A DNA stretch of 64,000 bases from Myxococcota bacterium. GTDB taxonomy: Bacteria; Myxococcota_A; UBA9042; PHBI01; JAWLBL01. The stretch's first letter is position 1, and the number at the start of each line of letters is the position of its first letter. Shown in pieces: positions 48,982 through 57,579 of this stretch. Both the position numbers and the translations under genes were made by a program. A model generated the notes under the pieces. It had not been told where the DNA came from and made no database searches. It saw nothing but the letters and a program-made list of their open reading frames with translations. The stretch covers positions 1-64,000 of the forward strand of contig JAWLBL010000018.1 of assembly GCA_041687695.1 (NCBI GenBank). The letters run 5' to 3'.

Positions 48982-51113
48982 TGATTCGCCCAAGCGCGCG
49001 CGCGCTGATCGCGACCCTGACGGTCACGGCCGCCCTGATGGCCCCGCCAGGCCGCGCCCAGGAGGCGCAGAGCCAGGGGGCCGCCCAGGGCGACGGCGTG
49101 CAGGCGCCCGCCGGACCGGTGATCGAGGTGCCCGGCGAGGTGTCGCGGGCGCGGGTCGAGACCCCGACGGGGCAGCCGATCTCGGACGAGCGCGTCAAGG
49201 TGCGCGTCCCCAAGGCCGATCCCGCGGTCGAGTACGAGTTCACGAGCCGCGGCGGGACGACCCGCGCGGCGCGCATGCTGAACGAGCGCTACACGCGCGA
49301 CGCCCAGCCGGCCGTGCCGGGGGTTCCGGCCGAGAAGGTGGCCGGCGGGCCCATCGATCTGGTGATGACCTGGGACCCCGGGTTCCTGCCGTTCCGGCTC
49401 GAGTTCAGCGAGCTGGCGACCGGGAGCGCGATCACGACCGTCGTGCACCGGGCCCGCGGCGGCGCCCTGGTGGGCGGTCAGCTGCGGCCGCCCGAGGCCG
49501 CGGTCGACGTCGATCAGCGCGTGCGGCCCGGCGATCAGATCGTGATCACGGCGCCGGCCACCGTGGCGGGCACCTTCACCGTGCGCGACGTGGCCGTCGG
49601 CGGCTTCACGCCGGCCGAGACGCTGCCCGTCGCCGACGCGGCGGGCGTGGACTACGAGATCCGGCGCGTCGGTGATCTCAAGGCGCTGTGGGACGCCGGA
49701 CCGACCTTCGCGCGGGTGTCGCAGGGCACCGGCCTGCCGCTGGTCTACGTCTGGCCCGACCCGGCGACCACCGACTCGCCGGTGTATGTCGAGAAGCGCT
49801 TCAGCGCGACCGGCCGCCCCTACCAGCTCGAGCTGGCGGTGACCCTGCACAACGTCGGCGCGGTCGACCTGCGCCACCGCTTCGGGCTGCGGGTCACCGG
49901 GTGGCAGCACCCGTCGATCGGCCCGGGCGGGCTGTTCGAGATCCCGCTGCACACGCTGGCGGGCAGCTGCTGGACCGGCGGCGACCTCGAGCGGCACGAG
50001 TTCGGCTCGCTCGCCGAGGAGCCGCGCAGCTTCTCGACCGACACGTCCTGGGTCGGCGTCGACAGCCGGTACTTCGTCTCGGCGGTCGCCGGGCTGGATC
50101 TTCCGGACGGGCAGTGCGCGCTCGAGGCCAACGCGCAGACGCGCGTCGTCTCGGCGACGCTGTGGCTGCGGGGGGTCCAGACGATCAAGGGGGCGCCCAC
50201 GGCGTGCATCCCGTCGTGGATGGCGCAGCGGCAGCCCGATCGGGTGACCTGCGAGGCCGCGGCGCAGGCCCTGGGCCACCAGCCGACCGACGCGATGCGG
50301 GACATCCGGGCCAGCTGGCAGACCCGCCGGCCCGGCCTCGAGGGCGCCGCGCAGAAGGCGCTGGACGACGCGTGGCAGGCCCTCAGCGCCCGGTCGCGGG
50401 ACGCCTATCGCTTCCTCATCTACACCGGCCCCAAGGACCTCGACGTCCTGAGCCTGGCCGGTCAGAACCTGTCCGAGAGCCTCGACTTCGGCGTGCTGGG
50501 GGTCATCGGCGAGCCGATGCACCGGCTGATGCGCTGGTTCCACGACCTGACGGGCCACTGGGCGCTCGCCATCATCCTGCTGACGCTGCTGGTCAAGCTG
50601 CTGCTGCTGCCGCTGACCAACAAGAGCTTCCAGATGATGCAGAAGATGCAGAAGCTCAAGCCCGAGATGGACGCCCTGCGCGCCAAGCACGGCGAGGATC
50701 GGGTGAAGATCCAGCAGGAGATGATGGCGCTGTACAAGCGCTATCAGGTCAATCCACTGTCGGGCTGCCTGCCGATGGTCATCCAGATGCCGATCTGGCT
50801 CGCCCTGTACCACACCATCGGCTCGGCCGTGGAGCTGTACCACGCGCCCCTCGGGCTGTGGATCCAGGACCTCTCCGCGCCCGATCCCTACTACACCATG
50901 CCCGTTGTGCTCGGCGCCCTGATGCTGGTACAGAGCCACTTCACCACGACCACGCCGATGGAAGGCTTCCAGGGCAAGTTCCTGAAGTACGGCATGCCGG
51001 CCATGTTCAGCATCTTCATGCTGTTCCTGCCGAGCGGGCTCGTCCTGTACATCCTCGTCAACACCCTGCTGACCATCATCCAGAACATCATCATCCGGCG
51101 GCGCATGGCATGA
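48978..51113 (+). CDS. yidC: Membrane protein insertase YidC
   Basis: AIILLTLLVKLLLLPL, NPLSGCLP..IQMP, WIQDLSAPDP, PSGLVLY. Confidence 0.96.
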   Translation: MMIRPSARALIATLTVTAALMAPPGRAQEAQSQGAAQGDGVQAPAGPVIEVPGEVSRARVETPTGQPISDERVKVRVPKADPAVEYEFTSRGGTTRAARMLNERYTRDAQPAVPGVPAEKVAGGPIDLVMTWDPGFLPFRLEFSELATGSAITTVVHRARGGALVGGQLRPPEAAVDVDQRVRPGDQIVITAPATVAGTFTVRDVAVGGFTPAETLPVADAAGVDYEIRRVGDLKALWDAGPTFARVSQGTGLPLVYVWPDPATTDSPVYVEKRFSATGRPYQLELAVTLHNVGAVDLRHRFGLRVTGWQHPSIGPGGLFEIPLHTLAGSCWTGGDLERHEFGSLAEEPRSFSTDTSWVGVDSRYFVSAVAGLDLPDGQCALEANAQTRVVSATLWLRGVQTIKGAPTACIPSWMAQRQPDRVTCEAAAQALGHQPTDAMRDIRASWQTRRPGLEGAAQKALDDAWQALSARSRDAYRFLIYTGPKDLDVLSLAGQNLSESLDFGVLGVIGEPMHRLMRWFHDLTGHWALAIILLTLLVKLLLLPLTNKSFQMMQKMQKLKPEMDALRAKHGEDRVKIQQEMMALYKRYQVNPLSGCLPMVIQMPIWLALYHTIGSAVELYHAPLGLWIQDLSAPDPYYTMPVVLGALMLVQSHFTTTTPMEGFQGKFLKYGMPAMFSIFMLFLPSGLVLYILVNTLLTIIQNIIIRRRMA

Positions 51114-52105
51114 GCAAGAACACCTACACGGGCAAGAACATCGAGACGGCCGTGGCGAACGCCGCCAAGAAGCTGGGCGTGGCGCCGGACGCGCTGAACT
51201 ACGAGGTCCTCGCCGGCCAGGCCGGCGGGTTCGCGCTGATCAAGGTCGTCGAAGGCGGCCCGAAGGCCACCGACCTCGTCGAGAAGCTGAGCGGTCCGGC
51301 GGCCGAGGGCGCTCCGGCGGCCGAGGGCGCCGAGGCGCGCGAAGAGGCGCCGCGCGAGGAGCGACGCGAGCGGCGCGAGGACCGTGGCGAGCGCGGTGAG
51401 CGCGGCGGGCGCGGCGAGCGCGGTGACCGTGGCGAGCGCGGTGACCGTGGCGAGCGCGGTGACCGTGGGGGCCGGGGCCGCGGGCGGCGCGACGACCGCC
51501 GGGGCGGCCGCGACGACCGTCGGGGCCGTGACCGCGATCGCGACGAGCGTCCGCGGCGTCGGCGCGACGACGAGCCGCTGCCCGTGCCGGCCGACGGGCC
51601 GACCGAGGTGCTGCTCGAGGTGGCCGAGGGCACGACCCTGAGCGAGATCGGCGAGGACGCACACGAGGTGATGCGGGACATCCTGACCGGCATGGGCTTC
51701 GGGATGCGCGTGGTCCTCACCGAGAGCGAGGACACGGTCCACTTCCAGCTCCACAGCGGCGTCTATCACGACGCGCTGGTGGCCAACGATCTCGAGGTGC
51801 TCGACGGCATCGAGTACCTCATCGACAAGATCGTGAACTTCGACGCCGAGGACCGGCGCCGCATCGTCGTCGACTCCGAGGGCTACAAGGAGCGCGCCGA
51901 CGTGGATCTGGGCGACTCGGCCCGCGAGCTGGCCCAGCGGGCCATGGACGAGGGCCGGACCCTGAAGATGGGCCCCCTCGACGCGCGCTCGCGCCGCATC
52001 GTCCACATCGCCCTGCGCGAGATCGACGGCGTGACCACGATGAGCGAGGGCGAGGGCGCCTTCCGCCGGGTCTGCATCATCCCGAAGAACCTGACCGAGG
52101 CCTGA
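51110..52105 (+). CDS. jag: Jag/KhpB (EloR) RNA-binding protein with RG-rich linker
   Basis: Jag_N (TGKNIETAV), KH-like region, R3H (RRIVH...SEGEG); ATGA coupling to yidC. Confidence 0.88.
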   Translation: MSKNTYTGKNIETAVANAAKKLGVAPDALNYEVLAGQAGGFALIKVVEGGPKATDLVEKLSGPAAEGAPAAEGAEAREEAPREERRERREDRGERGERGGRGERGDRGERGDRGERGDRGGRGRGRRDDRRGGRDDRRGRDRDRDERPRRRRDDEPLPVPADGPTEVLLEVAEGTTLSEIGEDAHEVMRDILTGMGFGMRVVLTESEDTVHFQLHSGVYHDALVANDLEVLDGIEYLIDKIVNFDAEDRRRIVVDSEGYKERADVDLGDSARELAQRAMDEGRTLKMGPLDARSRRIVHIALREIDGVTTMSEGEGAFRRVCIIPKNLTEA

Positions 52106-52159
52106 TCGCCGGGCGCGCCGGGGGCGGGTCGATGGGCCCGTCCTCCCGGCCGGCTGGAA

Positions 52160-52332
52160 GAGGGTGTCGTATTGATGCCGGCGGAGGCGGCCCTGGAGTG
52201 CTCCGGCTTGCCGGAGCCCCGGCCCCGGCGGCTTGCCGCCGGGATCTGGCCGCCAGACCCGGCGCAGCAAGCTGCGCCGGATGGGGGCTCCACCAAGGTG
52301 GAGCACTCCGGTTGGGCTCTTGCGACACCTTC
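52160..52332. mobile_element. MITE-B copy 1 (173 bp, TSD TGGAA)
   Basis: GAGGGTGTCGTA...TGCGACACCTTC flanked by TGGAA. Confidence 0.75.
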
Positions 52333-52450
52333 TGGAAGACGGCGGTCCCAGGGGGGTGACCGCTGGGATCGGCGGTGACTCGGCCGGCTGGAAGCCGGCG
52401 GTCCCAGGCGGGCGGCCGCTGGGATGGGCGGTGCGCTCGGCCGGCTGGAA

Positions 52451-52623
52451 GAGGGTGTCGTATTGATGCCGGCGGAGGCGGCCCTGGAGTGCTCCGGCTT
52501 GCCGGAGCCCCGGCCCCGGCGGCTTGCCGCCGGGATCTGGCCGCCAGACCCGGCGCAGCAAGCTGCGCCGGATGGGGGCTCCACCAAGGTGGAGCACTCC
52601 GGTTGGGCTCTTGCGACACCTTC
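52451..52623. mobile_element. MITE-B copy 2
   Basis: Same as copy 1, shifted by 291 bp. Confidence 0.75.
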
Positions 52624-52852
52624 TGGAAGACGGCGGTCCCAGGGGGGTGACCGCTGGGATCGGCGGTGACTCGGCCGGCTGGAAGCCGGCGGTCCCAGGC
52701 GGGCGGCCGCTGGGATGGGCGGTGCGCTCGGCCGGCTGGAAGCCGGCGATCCCAGGGGGCTGGCCGCTGAGTTCGGCGGTGAGCTCGACCGCCTGGAAGG
52801 CGGCGGTCCCGCGCCTGAGCGCAGGGATCGGCGGGGACTCGGCCGGCTGGAA

Positions 52853-53024
52853 GAGGGTGTCGTACTGATGCCGGCGGAGGTGGCCTTGGAGTGCTGCGGC
52901 TTGCCGGAGCCCCGGCCCCGGCGGCTTGCCGCCGGGATCTGGCCGCCAGACCCGGCGCAGCAAGCTGCTGCCGGATGGGGGCTCCACCAAGGTGGAGCAC
53001 TCCGGTTGGCCTTGCGATACCCTC
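52853..53024. mobile_element. MITE-B copy 3 (172 bp)
   Basis: GAGGGTGTCGTA...TGCGATACCCTC; TGGAA at 52848-52852 and 53025-53029. Confidence 0.8.
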
Positions 53025-53141
53025 TGGAAGCCGGCGGTCCCAGGGGCTGCAGTCCCTGCATCGTCGCTAACCCGGCCGGCTGGAAGAGGGCGATCCCAGG
53101 GGGCTGACCGCAGGGATCGGCGGTGACGCGGCCGGCTGGAA

Positions 53142-53311
53142 GAGGGTGTCGTATTGATGCCGGCTGGGCGGCCTTGGAGTGCTCCGGCTTGCCGGAGCCC
53201 CGGCCCCGGCGGCTTGCCGCCGGGATCTGGCCGCCAGACCCGGCGCAGCAAGCTGCGCCGGATGGGGGCTCCACCAAGGTGGAGCACTCCGGTTGGCCTT
53301 GCGATACCCTC
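53142..53311. mobile_element. MITE-B copy 4 (170 bp)
   Basis: Same TIRs; TGGAA at 53137-53141 and 53312-53316. Confidence 0.8.
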
Positions 53312-53428
53312 TGGAAGCCGGCGGTCCCAGGGGCTGCAGTCCCTGCATCGTCGCTAACCCGGCCGGCTGGAAGAGGGCGATCCCAGGGGGCTGACCGCAG
53401 GGATCGGCGGTGACGCGGCCGGCTGGAA

Positions 53429-53600
53429 GAGGGTGTCGTATTGATGCCGGCTGGGCGGCCTTGGAGTGCTCCGGCTTGCCGGAGCCCCGGCCCCGGCGGC
53501 TTGCCGCCGGGAGCCGGCCGCCCAACCCGGCGCAGCAAGCTGCGCCGGATGGGGGCTCCACCAAGGTGGAGCACTCCGGTTGGGCTTTTGCGACACCGGC
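53429..53600. mobile_element. MITE-B copy 5 (172 bp)
   Basis: Right end CTTTTGCGACACCGGC; TGGAA on both sides. Confidence 0.72.
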
Positions 53601-53632
53601 TGGAAGCCGGCGGTCCCAGGCCGGCGTTCGGA

Positions 53633-54514
53633 TCAGGGCTTGGGGCGGCAGGCGCGGCGCCAGCGGGGCTCGACCGGCGGGTCGGAGACGCGCTCGAGGG
53701 GGACCAGCTCGACCTGGTCGCCGTTGGCCTCCAGGAACCGGCGCAGCGCCTCGACGGTCTCGGGGTACGGGTGGCCGATGGCGACCGCGTGGCCACGCGC
53801 CTGGGCGAGGCGCAGCGCTTGCTCGAGCTGGGAGACGATGGCGCCGACCTCGCGGTCGTTGTCCAGGAAGACGTCGCGCTCGGCGACGGGCCGGCGGCCG
53901 CGGGCCTGGCTGGCCAGCTGCGAGCGGCGGGTCGTGCGGCTGTCGAGGACGACGAAGTCGCGGGGCAGGAGGTCGACGACCTCGCGCATGACGCTCGGCT
54001 CGCGGGTGAGCCGGCTGCCCATGTGGTTGTTGAGGCCGATGGCGCCCGGGACCTCGGCCAGCGCGCGCGTCAGGACAAGCCGCCGCGTCTCGGGCGCGTC
54101 GTCCTGGCGGAGGAAGTTCGGCAGGGTCATGTGGTCGGCGCGCATGGGCTCCATCGGCTGGTGGACCAGCACCGAGGCGCCTCGCGCCGACAGCCAGCGC
54201 GCGTACTCGGCGCCCCAGCGCGAGCCGGGCAGGATGGCCCAGGTCAGCGGCGCGCCCAGGGCCCACAGGGGCTGCACCTGATCGGGGTGCAGGCCCAGGT
54301 CGTCGATGACCACGGTCAGCTTGGGCAGGCCGCGCGGCGCGCGCGGGGCGACGCCGTCGACGCCGTGTGGGACGAGGTCGACCTCTGGAGCCGCGGAGGC
54401 GAAGCGGCACAGGTCCGCGGCGGGCGGCGGCGCGGCCGGCGCGCCCGAGCAGCCGGTGACGAGACCAATCCAGGCCCACGCCGCGACCGCGCGGGCCGGA
54501 GTCAGCGCAGCCAC
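53633..54514 (-). CDS. Divergent polysaccharide deacetylase family (YibQ-like) lipoprotein
   Basis: VIDDLG, HQPMEP, GLNNHMGS, LDSRT, RDVFLDN, AIGHP. Confidence 0.9.
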   Translation of the reverse strand: MAALTPARAVAAWAWIGLVTGCSGAPAAPPPAADLCRFASAAPEVDLVPHGVDGVAPRAPRGLPKLTVVIDDLGLHPDQVQPLWALGAPLTWAILPGSRWGAEYARWLSARGASVLVHQPMEPMRADHMTLPNFLRQDDAPETRRLVLTRALAEVPGAIGLNNHMGSRLTREPSVMREVVDLLPRDFVVLDSRTTRRSQLASQARGRRPVAERDVFLDNDREVGAIVSQLEQALRLAQARGHAVAIGHPYPETVEALRRFLEANGDQVELVPLERVSDPPVEPRWRRACRPKP

Positions 54515-55644
54515 GGCTTGGGGTCGACCGCTTTGCCGTCGACCCGGATCTCGAAGTAGAGCTTCTGGCCGGTGAGCGAGCCCGAGTCGCCCACCGTGCC
54601 CAGGACCTGGCCCGTCTTGACCTTGTCGCCCTGCTCCACCGAGATCTCGCCCAGGTGGGCGTACAGCGACATGTGGCCCTGGCTGTGGTCCAGGATGACC
54701 GTGCGGCCGAGGCCCCGCATCCACCCCGCGAAGGCGACGTAACCCCAGTAGATGCTGCGGACCTTGTCCTCGGACGGATCGGGCTGGATGTCGATGCCGC
54801 GATGGACCGTCTTGGTGCCGAACTTCGGGTGGGTGCGCACCCCGAAGCGGCCGACGATGGTGCCCTTGCGCAGCGGGATCAGGAACTTGCCCTTGTTCTC
54901 GGCGAACCACAGGCGGCCGCGCTTGTCGTCGCGCAGCTCCTCCACCTGCTGCACCAGCGCCTCGTCGACGGTCTCCATCTCTTGCGCGACCTTGGCCTGG
55001 AAGGCGCCGCGGTCCCGGACCGCGTCGAGCAGGGCCTCCTTCTCCTGCCGGTCCCAGCTCAGCTCCTGGAGCAGGTGCGCGATGGCCTGCTGCGTGTTGG
55101 CCAGGTTGCGGCGGCGGCGCTCGAGGTCCTCCTTGGCGACGCGCCAGCGCTCGAGCTGGTCGCGATAGCGGGCGAGGCGCTGTCGGTCGGCCTCGAGCAG
55201 GGCACCCAGCGCGCGGGCGCGGCGGAGGTAGCGGGCGTAGTCCTCGGAGCCCAACAGGACCTGGTAGGCCTCGGTGCGCTTGAGCTGACCCATCGCGCGC
55301 AGGCGCCGGCGGACCAGCTGGCGGGCGGCGTCGAGGGCGGCGGTCTGCTCGTCGAACTGATCGGTGGTGCGGGCGAGGTCCTTGTCGACGATGCGCTGCT
55401 GCTCGCGCAGGCGGTCGAGCTCGCCGGTGCGGCGGGCGATGTCGATCTCGAGGCTGTGGGCGGCGTCGAGGATGCTCAGCTCGGCGCGCAGCAGCCGGTT
55501 GATGTCCTCGGCGGGCGTGCGCGTGGCCGGCGGCTCGGGCTTGGTGACGACCAGCGTGTCCGGGTCGACCGCGGCCGTTGCGTCGCCCTTGGGCCCGGCG
55601 CCCACCAGCGCGAGCGCGAGCAGGACCGGCAGCAGGCTAGCCAC
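54502..55644 (-). CDS. envC: EnvC-like murein hydrolase activator (coiled coil plus M23)
   Basis: Long coiled coil; HRGIDI, LYAHL, degenerate LYFEIR; follows ftsEX. Confidence 0.85.
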   Translation of the reverse strand: MASLLPVLLALALVGAGPKGDATAAVDPDTLVVTKPEPPATRTPAEDINRLLRAELSILDAAHSLEIDIARRTGELDRLREQQRIVDKDLARTTDQFDEQTAALDAARQLVRRRLRAMGQLKRTEAYQVLLGSEDYARYLRRARALGALLEADRQRLARYRDQLERWRVAKEDLERRRRNLANTQQAIAHLLQELSWDRQEKEALLDAVRDRGAFQAKVAQEMETVDEALVQQVEELRDDKRGRLWFAENKGKFLIPLRKGTIVGRFGVRTHPKFGTKTVHRGIDIQPDPSEDKVRSIYWGYVAFAGWMRGLGRTVILDHSQGHMSLYAHLGEISVEQGDKVKTGQVLGTVGDSGSLTGQKLYFEIRVDGKAVDPKPWLR

Positions 55645-56554
55645 GGAGATAGCGCCCCACGCTCAGGGCCGAGCCGGCCAGGCCCAGGCACACGCCGCCG
55701 AGCAGCAGCCACGCGACCATGCCGGCGGGCATGAGATCGAGCTGCAGGTTCAGCAGGTGCTCCTCCTCGACGAAGGTGGCCAGCTTGCCGTGGATGAGCG
55801 CCACGATGAGCAGCGCCGTCGCCGAGCCGAACAGCCCCGCGAAGGCGCCCTCGAGGTAGAAGGGCGCTCGGATGTAGCCGTCGGTGGCGCCGACGAGGCG
55901 CAGGACCTCGATCTCTTGCTGCCGCGCGTACACGGCGAGCTTGATGGTCGAGAAGGTGAAGAAGACCGCGGCCGCCAGAACGATGAGGCAGATGATGAGG
56001 CCGGTGAGGCGGACCAGGTCGATGACCGCGAAGATGATGCGGATCTTCTCGGCGCCGTAGTGCAGCTCCTCGACCCCGGACACGCCCTGGAGCTCGCCCA
56101 GCCAGGCCGACAGCTTGTCGAAGTCGTCGCGGTGGCGCTGGCGCGGCTGGAGCTGGATCTCGATGGAGGGCTGACCGGGGATGGCCTCGGCGTCGAGGCC
56201 CTCGAGCAGCTCGGGCGTGATGAGCGCGAGGTTGCGGGCGCGGTCCTCTTCGCGGGTCATGAAGCGGACGGTCTCGACCTCGTCGCGGCCGGCGATGTTG
56301 TCGAGCAGGGTCTTGATGGTCGCGTTGTCGACGTCGTCGGCCAGGTAGACGGTGACGTTGAGATCGCTGGCGATGTCGTCGAGCAGCCGGCTGGCGTTGA
56401 CCATCACGAAGCCGAACAGGCCCACCAGGATGAGGCTGACGGCGATGGTGAGGACGGCGACCAGGGTCAGGACCTTGGCCGTCATCACGTTCTTCCAGGC
56501 CTCGCGGACGAAGAACAGGGCGCGGGACGACGAGGAGGAGGACGAGGTCATCAT
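55637..56554 (-). CDS. ftsX: Cell division permease FtsX
   Basis: TIKLAVYARQQEIEVLRLVGAT..IRAPFYLEG. Confidence 0.95.
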   Translation of the reverse strand: MMTSSSSSSSRALFFVREAWKNVMTAKVLTLVAVLTIAVSLILVGLFGFVMVNASRLLDDIASDLNVTVYLADDVDNATIKTLLDNIAGRDEVETVRFMTREEDRARNLALITPELLEGLDAEAIPGQPSIEIQLQPRQRHRDDFDKLSAWLGELQGVSGVEELHYGAEKIRIIFAVIDLVRLTGLIICLIVLAAAVFFTFSTIKLAVYARQQEIEVLRLVGATDGYIRAPFYLEGAFAGLFGSATALLIVALIHGKLATFVEEEHLLNLQLDLMPAGMVAWLLLGGVCLGLAGSALSVGRYLRG

Positions 56555-57318
56555 CGGTCGAGGTCCATCTCGGCGGCCTCGGCCAGGGCGGCGGCGGCGC
56601 GCGCGCCCGGCGGGCGGGTGTCGGCCTGGCCCGGGGCGCCGGGCAGGACCTCGGCGGGGGCGCCGTCCTCGATGAGGAAGCCCTTGTTGAGCAGGACGAC
56701 GCGCTGGCCGAAGCGGTCCATCAGGCCGCGGTCGTGGGTCGCGACGATGACCGTGGTCCCGCGGGCCTGCACGTCGAGCAGCATCTGCATGATCTCGAGC
56801 GACAGGTCCGGGTCCAGGTTGCCGGTCGGCTCGTCGGCCAGCAGGATGGCCGGCTCGTTGACCAGCGCCCGCGCGATGGCGACGCGCTGCTGCTCGCCGC
56901 CCGACAGCCAGCTGGGCATCGACCGCGCGTAGCGCTCGAGCCCGACCATGTCGAGCACCTGGTCCACGCGCCGCTTGATCGACTTACGGGGCAGCCCAAG
57001 CACCTCGAGCGACACGGCGATGTTGTCGAAGACGTTGCGGTGGGCGAGCAGCTTGAAGTCCTGCCAGACCACGCCGATGTTCCGCCTCAGGAACGGGATC
57101 GACGAGCGCTTGAGGACCGCGAGGTTGCGCCCGGCGACGAGGATCTGCCCCTCGCTCGCCCGCTCCATCGCCATCAGCAGCTTGATGAAGGTCGTCTTGC
57201 CCGCGCCCGAGGGCCCCGAGAGGAACACGAACTCACCCTCGTGGATGTGGAGGGTGACGTCTCGCAACGCCTCGATTCCATTGGGGTAACGCTTGGTCAC
57301 ATGATAGAGCTGGATCAC
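56551..57318 (-). CDS. ftsE: Cell division ATP-binding protein FtsE
   Basis: GPSGAGKT, IPFLRRNIGVVWQDFKLL, LSGGEQQR, ADEPTGNLD. Confidence 0.96.
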   Translation of the reverse strand: MIQLYHVTKRYPNGIEALRDVTLHIHEGEFVFLSGPSGAGKTTFIKLLMAMERASEGQILVAGRNLAVLKRSSIPFLRRNIGVVWQDFKLLAHRNVFDNIAVSLEVLGLPRKSIKRRVDQVLDMVGLERYARSMPSWLSGGEQQRVAIARALVNEPAILLADEPTGNLDPDLSLEIMQMLLDVQARGTTVIVATHDRGLMDRFGQRVVLLNKGFLIEDGAPAEVLPGAPGQADTRPPGARAAAALAEAAEMDLDR

Positions 57319-57579
57319 GCGCCGGAAGCTAACACCAATCTTTTCGCGCGTCGACAGCGCCAACACGCCGCCGGCGCCCCGGTCGGGGTCACGGCGCGGC
57401 CGCGCGCCAAGGGTACGGGAGGTCCCCGAGGCCTGCAATCCTCTGGCGGCTTAGCTTGACACCCCAGATCCTGCGTGATAACCGCCGGCCGGTTTCCACG
57501 CACACGACATCCTCACGAAGGCGGCCCCCTCGGCGGACCGCGCCTTCGCCTCCCTCAAGCTCCCCACAGGAGAACTACC

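Larger units (their letters stand above)
52147..53622 (+). repeat. Composite REP/BIME array containing five MITE-B copies
   Basis: Higher-order periods of 291 and 287-289 bp; many GCCGGCTGGAAG REP starts. Confidence 0.92.

Noticed and set aside
50891..54479. Repetitive ORFs across the 52-53 kb array
   Set aside because: Translations of non-coding palindromic repeats.
54502..54900. Degenerate M23 active site as a novelty
   Set aside because: Loss of the HxH motif is the known state of EnvC.
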